Origin: Lentimicrobiaceae bacterium
GTDB taxonomy: Bacteria; Bacteroidota; Bacteroidia; Bacteroidales; UBA4417
Reading direction: 5' to 3'
DNA length: 64,000 nucleotides
Assembly (NCBI GenBank): GCA_041753535.1
Contig: JBGSUB010000033.1
Coordinates: 531 to 64,530, forward strand
Under the pieces are notes generated by a model. That model was not told where the DNA came from. It worked only from the letters and a program-made list of their open reading frames with translations, and did not search any database. Each line of letters starts with the position of its first letter. The stretch's first letter is position 1. This document shows, piece by piece, positions 1-8,291 of the stretch. The position numbers were made by a program, and so were the translations under genes.

Positions 1-3000
1 GTCTATTTTAAGGATGATCTGATCGTTTACAAACACTCCGCTGCAGTTTCCGATTCCCTGTAGGGTTAAAGTAAAAGTGATGTTCCGGTCGGGGGTGTTC
101 AGGTCGATTGGGCCGGCGAAATACACCGGGTTTAAAATGTTGGGATTGCTCAAAAATCCATCACCTCCCGAAACCGTCCACTGCACATTGCCCAGGTTGT
201 AATTATTGCCTGTTCCTGCCAAAGTGTATTGAGTAACATTGCTGCAGATGTAATCATCAGGGCCGGCACTCACTAGCGGGTAGGGCGAAACACTGAATAC
301 CCGGCTGTCAGCTGCAAACTGGCCGGAACAGGTCAGGCTCCCCTGGGCTCTGAGAGTGAGCGTCACTGTCCCGATGTTAAAATCTACATTCCCGGGCATA
401 TAGGTGGGAGACATCAGGGTGTTGTTGTTAAAAACACCATCACCGCCGGTCCATTGTAAGCTGGTATAATTTGTTGCCGAAGCTCCGGTAACATTGATCG
501 GATTCAGCACACAGAATGCATCATCTATTCCTGCATTGGCAGTCGGCACAGGATCGATAAACAGTGTTATCTGGTCAACGTCCGTAAGCCCCAGGCAGGC
601 CCCTGTTCCCTGGCCGGTTAAGGTAAGTACTACGTTACCGGTTGCAATATCGGTAGTTCCGGGTGTGTAAACCGGGTTCAGCAGGTTGGGGTTGCTGAAT
701 GTTCCGTCACCGCTTGTGGTCCAGAGCCATGGAAGGCAGTTCAGTTGTGTGCCGTTGAGTGTATAGGTGTTTGCTGCGCAGATAGTTGCATCGGCGCCGG
801 CATCAATTGCGGGAAGGGGATTAACGGTTAAAGTTCGGGTTGAGGTTGCCGTTTCAGCACTACAGGTATTGGCTCCCTGGGCTGTAAGAGTGAGCGTTAC
901 TGTTCCGGTTTCACCGGGCAATGGAACATAGGTAGGTGTGAGGGTGCCGGCATTAATGAGCGATCCGGGGCCGTCTTCGGTCCAGGTTACGGAACTGTTG
1001 TTAGTTGCTGTTGCTCCTGAAACAGTATAGTTGATCCCCTGGCAGGTAGCTCCATTTGGCCCGGCACTGGCGGTGGGAAGGGGATGGATGGTGAGTAAAG
1101 TTGTCGCAAAAGATTGTAACACCGAACAACTTGCCGAGCCATCGCCCCTGAGGGTAAGTATTGCTGAACCTGTTGCTATATCCCCGGGACCTGGTGAATA
1201 AACAGGGTTGATACTATTAGGATTGTCGAACAATCCGTCACCCGATGTCTGCCACGTAACTGCCTGGCAATTAAGTGCCTGGGCATTTGCCAGCGTGTAC
1301 GTGGAACTGGCACAGATAGCTGCTGCCGGACCTGCCTGAACCGTTGGCGGTGGCTCAAAATTGAGCTTCACCGTATCGGTAACAGTTTGTGTGGAACAGG
1401 CTGCTACACCCTTCACTGTAAGTATAAATGAAACAATACCAAGCTGCCCGACTGAAGGAGCATATTCAGGTGCCAGTGTTGTATTTCCCGATAAGGTACC
1501 GGTTCCATTGTGTGTCCACAGTATTGCAGCCGGGTCGTGGTTAACCGCTGATCCGTTAAACGTATAATTAACTGCCGAACATGCATTGGCATCGAAACCT
1601 GCATTGGGTTGCGGCATAGGGTCAATCTGCAGATACAAGCTGTCGCTGTAGGTTTGCCCGGCACATCCGCCAAGGCCACCCACCGACAATTTTATTTTTA
1701 TGGTTCCGCTCTCGCCAGCGGCAGGAGTATAAGTTGGTGAAAATGAATTTGCCCCGCTTAATAAGCCTGCCCCGGTATGCGTCCAAAGCTGTGAATTAGC
1801 CAGGAAGTTTAACGCATTTCCTGTAATTGCAACGGGAGTAGCCGAACATGTGATAAGATCAGGACCGGCATCAACCAAAGGGGTGAGCACGGTTATTTTT
1901 ACCGAATCGATCGAAAAGGAGCCGCATCCGTCGCTGATCTGGCAGGTATAAGTAGTTGTAAACGTGGGAGTAACAATAAATGATTCGGTGGTATCGCCGG
2001 TATTCCACAGGTATTCATAGGGCACAATTCCCCCGGTAGGCGCAACACCTACGGTAACCGCCTCGCTGCAGTTTACCGAAACATCGTTGGAAGCTACTGC
2101 CTGCAAAGGCGGATAATCGTTGATATAAAAAGTGGTGGTTTCATTCTGCGAACCGCTGCAGGTAACATTTGAATAGGTAATTGTAAGTGTTTCGGTGGTT
2201 TCAGCAATACCATCATCGTAAGGATTTATAAGTATTGAAGTGGTTTGGCTGCCTGCCGGAATTATTGCATTAACCGGCAAAAGCGGGAAATCAACACCAT
2301 TAATGGCTGTGCCGCCATATACCAATGGGATGGTCACCGGTAATGTGGGTATGGTATCAATACCAAAAGTAAGAGCAATATTATTGCAGCCTTCCACCAT
2401 GGTGGTATCAAGGGAAGGGATGGTGTAAACAGGGGTAATAGTAATGGGATTGCTTGAGAAGCTGCTTTCCTGGAGGAAAACGCCCGACTGCATGCCTTCG
2501 TCAGCAACATTTGCCACTCCAAGTTTTATATGGTAGGTAGTACATGGCGTAAGTGCAATAGTAGCCTCAAAAACAACCGTATAGGCATTAAAAACAAAAT
2601 TAGGGTCGGTAATTTTACCCTCATTTCCACATCCTGGGCAGCTACCTGCTCCATTATAATTAGGGATGTAATACTGGCTATTGGTTATACAGTTTACATT
2701 ATTAATGGAGACCGGATTTGTTGATGATGGTAATAAGGCAATGTTTGTTGAACTATTGGTATATGGGCCGGAGATACCTGGTCCACTGATAAAAAACCCA
2801 AATCCATCATTATATCCTGAGTTACATGGTGGAGCAAATAAGTTATACTCTTCCGAAGCAAATACATATTTAAAGACTAATTGGCTGCCCTGAGGAATAA
2901 AGTCAAATTCCAGTATACTCCCATTATTAGTATTCCCATTACAAATACTGTTCATATCAGGATCATTCTGAACAGCAGTTGTAGTGGAGCCTCCCATTCC

Positions 3001-3273
3001 GGCCCCGGGAGCCTGAGGAATTGTATTTGCATTTCCTGTTGAAAGCACTACACCTGCTGGAATTCCTAAATTGCTTGGACCGGAAAATGTACCTCTTGAA
3101 AGTGGCCCTCCGGAATACGTTACGTTGCTGTATGTAACCCCGGTTCCAACAAGTGTCTGAACTAGATCGTTCGGAGAAACCTCAGTATTAATAATCAATT
3201 GTGCTTCTGCGCAATCGAGCAGCACAAGGAAAGAAAACAGGAAAAATATGCAGCGTAGCTTACGGGAGTTCAT
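1..3273 (-). CDS. Large secreted surface protein: N-terminal choice-of-anchor L-type domain plus tandem ~89-aa Ig/PKD-like repeats (3' end runs off the window)
   Basis: Absent from the ORF track because the stop lies outside the window. Manual translation from ATG at 3273 gives MNSRKLRCIFFLFSFLVLLDCAEAQLII... (signal peptide), then GVVLSTG...LEFDFIP...YVFASEEY...NDGFGFFISGPGISGPY...NIALLP. The same frame is open at position 1 (...GNCSGVFVNDQIILKID). AGxD/AGP motifs recur about every 265-270 bp. Confidence 0.85.
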   Translation of the reverse strand, partial: MNSRKLRCIFFLFSFLVLLDCAEAQLIINTEVSPNDLVQTLVGTGVTYSNVTYSGGPLSRGTFSGPSNLGIPAGVVLSTGNANTIPQAPGAGMGGSTTTAVQNDPDMNSICNGNTNNGSILEFDFIPQGSQLVFKYVFASEEYNLFAPPCNSGYNDGFGFFISGPGISGPYTNSSTNIALLPSSTNPVSINNVNCITNSQYYIPNYNGAGSCPGCGNEGKITDPNFVFNAYTVVFEATIALTPCTTYHIKLGVANVADEGMQSGVFLQESSFSSNPITITPVYTIPSLDTTMVEGCNNIALTFGIDTIPTLPVTIPLVYGGTAINGVDFPLLPVNAIIPAGSQTTSILINPYDDGIAETTETLTITYSNVTCSGSQNETTTFYINDYPPLQAVASNDVSVNCSEAVTVGVAPTGGIVPYEYLWNTGDTTESFIVTPTFTTTYTCQISDGCGSFSIDSVKITVLTPLVDAGPDLITCSATPVAITGNALNFLANSQLWTHTGAGLLSGANSFSPTYTPAAGESGTIKIKLSVGGLGGCAGQTYSDSLYLQIDPMPQPNAGFDANACSAVNYTFNGSAVNHDPAAILWTHNGTGTLSGNTTLAPEYAPSVGQLGIVSFILTVKGVAACSTQTVTDTVKLNFEPPPTVQAGPAAAICASSTYTLANAQALNCQAVTWQTSGDGLFDNPNSINPVYSPGPGDIATGSAILTLRGDGSASCSVLQSFATTLLTIHPLPTASAGPNGATCQGINYTVSGATATNNSSVTWTEDGPGSLINAGTLTPTYVPLPGETGTVTLTLTAQGANTCSAETATSTRTLTVNPLPAIDAGADATICAANTYTLNGTQLNCLPWLWTTSGDGTFSNPNLLNPVYTPGTTDIATGNVVLTLTGQGTGACLGLTDVDQITLFIDPVPTANAGIDDAFCVLNPINVTGASATNYTSLQWTGGDGVFNNNTLMSPTYMPGNVDFNIGTVTLTLRAQGSLTCSGQFAADSRVFSVSPYPLVSAGPDDYICSNVTQYTLAGTGNNYNLGNVQWTVSGGDGFLSNPNILNPVYFAGPIDLNTPDRNITFTLTLQGIGNCSGVFVNDQIILKID

Positions 3274-3430
3274 CGGGATTTGTATTAGCTGATGACTCAC
3301 AAAGTTACATTAAAAATAATACTCAGCGGACTGTATGCAAGTTTTTAGGTCAATACACCCATTTTCGAAAGGCACAAAACTCCTTTAAGCATTTATACTG
3401 TATACGGGATAAATTTCCGAATCACTTAAG

Positions 3431-3542
3431 TCCCAAATTCCAAGCTCCAAATTCCAAATTCCAAGAAGTATAGCTCAGCAGGCCTTGCTTGCCTGCTGCA
3501 AGCAGGGTTCTTCGAATTTGGGTTTTGGGACTTGGGTCTTTG
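3431..3542. repeat. Inverted heptamer arrays (YTCCAAR x5 and YTTGGGW x3) enclosing a short GC-rich hairpin
   Basis: tcccaaa ttccaag ctccaaa ttccaaa ttccaag at 3431-3465; tttgggt tttggga cttgggt at 3517-3537; hairpin TGCTTGC-ctgct-GCAAGCA between them. Confidence 0.7.
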
Positions 3543-3592
3543 TGAGGAATTTTATTCCATGCAAAGTACAGGAAAGCAAACCGGAAAGCAAA

Positions 3593-3624
3593 TTGCAATA
3601 TATTCCTGAAAATACTTACTTTTG
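3593..3624 (+). promoter_or_regulatory. Bacteroidota housekeeping promoter for the tRNA
   Basis: TACTTTTG (-7 consensus TAnnTTTG) at 3617-3624 and TTG at 3593-3595, 16 nt upstream of the tRNA. Confidence 0.7.
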
Positions 3625-3640
3625 CACCTCAATACCGACC

Positions 3641-3712
3641 GGCCCCATAGTTCAATGGATAGAATTTCAGATTCCGGTTCTGAAGATTTGGGTTCGAATC
3701 CCGATGGGGTCA
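3641..3712 (+). tRNA. tRNA-Arg (anticodon CCG)
   Basis: Acceptor GGCCCCA/TGGGGTC, D-arm GTTC..GAAT, anticodon arm TCAGA-TTCCGGT-TCTGA, T-loop GGTTCGAATCC. CCA is not encoded. Confidence 0.95.
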
Positions 3713-3726
3713 CAGAATAACTTCAT

Positions 3727-3764
3727 AACCACTTATAGTTTAAATACTTATAAGTGGTTTTTTA
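3727..3764 (+). terminator. Terminator-like hairpin after the tRNA
   Basis: AACCACTTATA...TATAAGTGGTT perfect 11-bp inverted repeat followed by a T run. Confidence 0.6.
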
Positions 3765-3892
3765 TTTTTACATTCAAATTTACATTCAATTTTTCTATTC
3801 ATGATATAAACAACATCAGGCGAATATTTCAACCTGATTTTTGATTTAAACCAAGCATAAAATTAATTAAACTTGCGCATTAATATTTAAAT

Positions 3893-4450
3893 TTGTGTAA
3901 AAAGTGTGTTCACGATAATACTATTTTTTATGAAATCGGGCTTAATGTACAAGCTTCTGAGTTCGACAAATTCTTAAAAATGCTCGATTCATCGGGAATG
4001 AATATAATTTCCCGATTTTTTTCGGTCGAAGATATCACACTACAGTATATCGATGACTCAACCCGTTTGCAAAACAAGAAAAAGCTTGAGAAAAAATACC
4101 TTGATTTATTTTCCCGGGCTAATGATATGAAAAGCTCCCTCGAAATAGAAAGTAAAATTGAAGAAATACGGACGGATATCGAAAGCAGGGAAAGCCAGCT
4201 AAAGTATCTGGATAAAAAGGTTGCATACAGCGATTTCAACGTACGTATTGAGATGAACAAAGTAAATTTAACTTTCGATGAAAGAAACAAATTTACATAC
4301 AGGATTGGTCACGGTATAATGAATGGCTGGCAAGGAATGAAAGAGTTCCTTATATTTCTGGTAACCAGTTGGCCGGTTTATATTTTCGCAGCTGGTATTA
4401 TTTATTTGATACGACTTTTAATAAAACGCAGAAGAAAGAATAAAAAATAA
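3893..4450 (+). pseudogene. DUF4349-family protein, apparently 5'-truncated
   Basis: EDITLQYID...RL.NKKKLE..YLDL...LEIE..IEEIR.DIES.E.QLKYL...VAYS core and a C-terminal TM plus basic tail. No signal or lipoprotein N-terminus; TTG start in AT-rich DNA. Confidence 0.65.
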
Positions 4451-4593
4451 TCCTTTTGTGAGAAACTGTTTTTAGTTCAGTAATGCTGATCAAAAATCTA
4501 TTTGAAGTAAAGCAAGATACTAATACAACAAGTTATATAATTCGGGATTTGGTTACGTAACTTGAAACATGTAACTGTACCTTAAACACCTCC

Positions 4594-4629
4594 AAAAAAG
4601 GCTGTCCCGAAATCAGGGACAGCCTTTTT
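4594..4629. terminator. Bidirectional intrinsic terminator
   Basis: AAAAAAGGCTGTCCC-gaaatca-GGGACAGCCTTTTT between convergent genes. Confidence 0.8.
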
Positions 4630-4649
4630 CGCAAAACCGCGTTTAAATA

Positions 4650-5033
4650 CTATTTTTTGGCGAATTTAATGTTCGAAATTCCATTTTTTGTCTGTGTTTG
4701 AATAAAATAAACCCCTGATGCCAAATTGCTGATATCAATTGATTTACTATTACCGGTAAACATAACTTTACCATTCAGGCTCAAAACAGTTACCTTAATT
4801 ATCTGATCGTTCGCAACGATGTTCAATACATTTTCGGCAGGGTTAGGATATATCATTACAGCAACTTTATCCAGCTAAGCAACACCTACTGAAATGGAAA
4901 GCATACACGGTACATCAAGCTGGGAGTTTTCAGGGTCGTTATTCAGTATCCTGATTGTGCCTTCATAAACTCCGTATGTAAGTCCGGTTGAGTTAAAAGT
5001 AACCTCAAGTACTTCGCTGCCTGCAGGAGGAAT
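4650..5033 (-). pseudogene. 3' fragment of a T9SS-secreted protein (Ig-like domain remnant plus type A CTD) with an in-frame TAG
   Basis: Reads IPPAGSEVLEVTFNSTGLTYGVYEGTIRILNNDPENSQLDVPCMLSISVGVA*LDKVAVMIYPNPA...LASGVYFI...KFAKK. TAG at 4875-4877; no start codon or signal peptide upstream. Confidence 0.8.
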
Positions 5034-5086
5034 ATAAATTCGGACTTTAAATCACTAATTCCGCTTTAATACAACCAATTAATTGC

Positions 5087-5094
5087 TATATTTG
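5087..5094 (+). promoter_or_regulatory. -7 promoter element for the two-component operon
   Basis: TATATTTG, 29 nt upstream of the ATG at 5124. Confidence 0.55.
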
Positions 5095-5123
5095 CTATGT
5101 TGTTTTATTCTACACTCCACTAA

Positions 5124-7007
5124 ATGTACAAAAACGGGTATAAAATTTTACTGGCAATTATACTGTTTTCCTTTCTGTTTCATTTGGAGTCTTATGCTGA
5201 TAAGAAGATTAAGAATATTGTTATTTTATTTCCATTAAACGCCAGCATGCCATCGTATCAAATCTTTTTGGAAGGATTTAAAAGTACTTTCCCTGAAAAA
5301 TTTGAAGAACCTTATAACCTAGTTGTTGAGTATCTCGACATTGGCCGGTCAACCGATAATGACTATGCCAAACATATTGTAAAAATATATAATGAGAAGA
5401 TTAAAACATCTCCAATTGATCTTCTGATCACAATTCCTCCTTTTACATATGAATTAATGCAACAATATGGACTTGATGCTCTAAGCAATACTCCCACTTT
5501 GCATTTTAAGCTTCCGCAACTTGCAGATACTCCTTCAAATAAGTCTTCTGTAACTCATGCAAATCGAAATACATTAGAAATAACGTTAAATTATGAAATC
5601 AGTAAAACGATGTTATCAGCATTTGAGCTCTTTCCATCCTACAAAGATGTATATATTATAAGCGGCAGCTCTTTTACGGATATGTACTTTACAGGGCTAA
5701 CAAAAGAGAGTACAAAAGGGTTTACTAAATCTCATAATTTTATTTTCAGAAATGGCATTACACTTGACTCGACAATAAATTTCGTAAAACAGATTCCGGC
5801 TAAAAGTATTGTAATTGTTCCTATGTACTTGTCGGACTCAAAAAATGTTCCATTTTCTACGCCCGAAGCCTTGAGTCTTATTTCCGGCAACTGCAGTGCT
5901 CCTGTATTTCCGGTAACTGATAGTTACACCAAAAAGAAAGGTGGAATTGGGGGTAACCTTTTTAGTTATTACTTTTTTGGAGAAGAAATCGGGGTGATAG
6001 TCAGGGAGGTATTAAATGGTAAGCAAATCAAAGAAATCAATGTTAACGAAATTCATTTTTATAAGCATATCTACGATTGGAAGGAATTAAAACGCTGGAA
6101 CCTGCTCGAATCAAAGTCAATCCCTGAAAACAGCATATTTTTTAATATGGAATTTGATTTTTTTACTGAATACAAATGGTATATGCTTGCCATTCTGATT
6201 TTCTTAATGTTACAAACATCGTTTATTGTTTACCAACATCGATTGAATAAAAGACAGAAAGAAGTGGCCCGACATAAAGAAGAAACTGAAAATCTATACC
6301 GCCAATTAGTACGTGAAGACCGTCTGTCGCGTATGGCAGTTTTAACTGCATCACTCTCACACGAACTCAATCAGCCGCTTACTGCAATTATGTATAATGC
6401 ACAGGCAGGCCGCCGATTTCATAAGTCGGGTAAACTTGTTCCGGAGCGGGCTGATGAAATATTTGAAAAGATAATTGAAAATGATAAAAGAGCCGGTGAG
6501 CTGGTAAGCAGTGTACGCGATCTGATGAAACTCGAAACAAGGGAACAGGAGAAAGTTAATATTAGTGCGGTTATACAGGATTCACTGAATATTTATCATT
6601 CCGAAGCCATCGGAAAGCAAATACAGGTTAAAGTCAATCTGCCGGATGAACAGGTTAATGTCATCGGCGACAAAATTCAGTTACAGCAGGTAGTCCTGAA
6701 TTTCTTATCCAACGCTGCCATTGCAATGGAAAATACGACATCTGAAAATAAGTTAATTGAAATCAGTCAGCGGGCAGATAAAGATTCAGTTATACTAGCA
6801 GTTCGTGATTACGGTAGCGGAATAAGTGATTCCATAAAAGACAGTCTTTTTCAACCATTTATTACCACCCATAAAAAAGGCTTCGGCATTGGTCTGGCAA
6901 TCAGCCGTTCTATTATTGAGAGGCATCAGGGTGAAATGTTTGCAGAAAATATGGCCGGTGGTGGTGCTGAATTTTCTTTCCATTTAAAGAAATATAGAAA
7001 TGAGTAA
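5124..7007 (+). CDS. Membrane sensor histidine kinase with a large periplasmic solute-binding-like domain (FixL/NodV/TtrS-type transmitter)
   Basis: Signal peptide, ~330-aa periplasmic region, TM helix, H-box SLSHELNQPL, N-box QQVVLNFLSNA, DYGSG and GFGIGLAISRSII boxes. Confidence 0.9.
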   Translation: MYKNGYKILLAIILFSFLFHLESYADKKIKNIVILFPLNASMPSYQIFLEGFKSTFPEKFEEPYNLVVEYLDIGRSTDNDYAKHIVKIYNEKIKTSPIDLLITIPPFTYELMQQYGLDALSNTPTLHFKLPQLADTPSNKSSVTHANRNTLEITLNYEISKTMLSAFELFPSYKDVYIISGSSFTDMYFTGLTKESTKGFTKSHNFIFRNGITLDSTINFVKQIPAKSIVIVPMYLSDSKNVPFSTPEALSLISGNCSAPVFPVTDSYTKKKGGIGGNLFSYYFFGEEIGVIVREVLNGKQIKEINVNEIHFYKHIYDWKELKRWNLLESKSIPENSIFFNMEFDFFTEYKWYMLAILIFLMLQTSFIVYQHRLNKRQKEVARHKEETENLYRQLVREDRLSRMAVLTASLSHELNQPLTAIMYNAQAGRRFHKSGKLVPERADEIFEKIIENDKRAGELVSSVRDLMKLETREQEKVNISAVIQDSLNIYHSEAIGKQIQVKVNLPDEQVNVIGDKIQLQQVVLNFLSNAAIAMENTTSENKLIEISQRADKDSVILAVRDYGSGISDSIKDSLFQPFITTHKKGFGIGLAISRSIIERHQGEMFAENMAGGGAEFSFHLKKYRNE

Positions 7008-7632
7008 CATTGAAGAAATTATTTTTATAATTGACGATGAAATTGAGGTACGAGATGCCATTTCCCTTTATTTAACTGCCGATGATTATATAGTAGAATC
7101 TTATAGTAGTTCAGAAGAATATCTTGCACGTGAAACCTGGCAGGGAACCGGTTGTCTTATCCTCGATGTAAATCTTACCGGGAAATCGGGTGTTGATTTA
7201 CAGGAAGAACTGTTTGCAATGAATTCGCACATCCCTGTTATTTTTATAACCGGACAAGCCAATATTCCTTTGAGTGTACAAACTGTGAAGAAAGGGGCAG
7301 TTAATTTTCTTGAAAAACCTTTCCAACCTGAGGTTCTGATGCAGTCAATACATGAAGCGCTTTTACTAAGCCGCAAATTGAAATCAGAAAAAGATGATAT
7401 AGTCAAAGCCTGTAAGCTTATCGAAACACTATCAGAAAAAGAACTGGCTATATTAAAGTATTTCATAAACGGGATGTTAAACAAACAAATTGCATCGGAG
7501 CTTAATGTTTCGGAACAAACCATAAAACATCACAGGATCAGCATTTGTGGTAAATTAGGTGTTAAATCAGTACCTGAAATCATCCGTATTGCTGATAAAG
7601 CCGGTATAACTCCAGCCGAAAAAAAATATTAA
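7000..7632 (+). CDS. FixJ/NodW-family response regulator (REC plus LuxR HTH)
   Basis: IIDD, CLILDV, IFITG, FLEKP; LuxR-type LSEKE..IL...INGMLNKQIASELNVSEQTIKHHR..I..KLGV. Overlaps the kinase stop codon. Confidence 0.92.
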   Translation: MSNIEEIIFIIDDEIEVRDAISLYLTADDYIVESYSSSEEYLARETWQGTGCLILDVNLTGKSGVDLQEELFAMNSHIPVIFITGQANIPLSVQTVKKGAVNFLEKPFQPEVLMQSIHEALLLSRKLKSEKDDIVKACKLIETLSEKELAILKYFINGMLNKQIASELNVSEQTIKHHRISICGKLGVKSVPEIIRIADKAGITPAEKKY

Positions 7633-7725
7633 TTATCATTCATTTCCCATTTGCCTTGATTCTTCTCTAACTTAATAAAGAAGATATCAAAGAGTTATGT
7701 CCTGCCATTCGATTTGTAATTTCTT

Positions 7726-7771
7726 TGAACTAAAGTTCTATTGCAATTTTCTGTGTATCAGTTTAATTTTG
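7726..7771 (+). promoter_or_regulatory. Promoter with an adjacent palindromic candidate activator site
   Basis: GAACT-AA-AGTTC palindrome (7727-7738) immediately before TTG (7741-7743), with TAATTTTG at 7764-7771. Confidence 0.55.
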
Positions 7772-7875
7772 ATATCCACTATATAAGGCCTGGTTATTCT
7801 TTCAAAACATGTCCGGGGTATATTTAATTTCTTCCATATCAATAATGATATGCCTTTTCAACTCCTAAAGGAACC

Positions 7876-8229
7876 ATGATCTACTTAGTAGAAGATGATT
7901 TGTCAGTAATCAGCGCATTTGAGTTGTTTCTCGAATCTGCTGAAATGGAGTATAAATCATTCGAAAGTGCCAATATATTTTTAGCTCAAATTATATTGGA
8001 ACAAAACGACCTGCTTGTACTTGATCTGAATTTACCGGGTATGAATGGCTGTGAACTATTAAAAACCTTTGTTGAAAAAAATATTCATATACCCGTAATA
8101 GTAGTTACTTCATTTGATGAACCATACAGCCGCGAATGCTGCAGGCAATATGGCGTAAAAGCCTACCTACGCAAACCAGTTGATGGGGAAGCATTAATTG
8201 ACCTTATAAAAATCTATTCACACTCGTAA
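7876..8229 (+). CDS. Stand-alone receiver-domain protein
   Basis: LVEDD, LLVLDLNLPGMNG, IVVTS, YLRKP; 117 aa with no output domain. Confidence 0.9.
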   Translation: MIYLVEDDLSVISAFELFLESAEMEYKSFESANIFLAQIILEQNDLLVLDLNLPGMNGCELLKTFVEKNIHIPVIVVTSFDEPYSRECCRQYGVKAYLRKPVDGEALIDLIKIYSHS

Positions 8230-8291
8230 TTCTCTGTAAATGAATACTTGCCTGATTATTAAATTAAATATTAACTAAAAGAAAAGTCAAC

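Noticed and set aside
1176-3473. Short ORFs listed over the first 3.4 kb
   Set aside because: They are shadows of the long minus-strand gene at 1-3273.
3431-3542. CRISPR array
   Set aside because: The units are contiguous 7-mers without spacers, and no cas genes are present in the window.
3485-3844. 119-aa ORF in the track
   Set aside because: It spans the repeat element, promoter and tRNA, and has no protein-like features.
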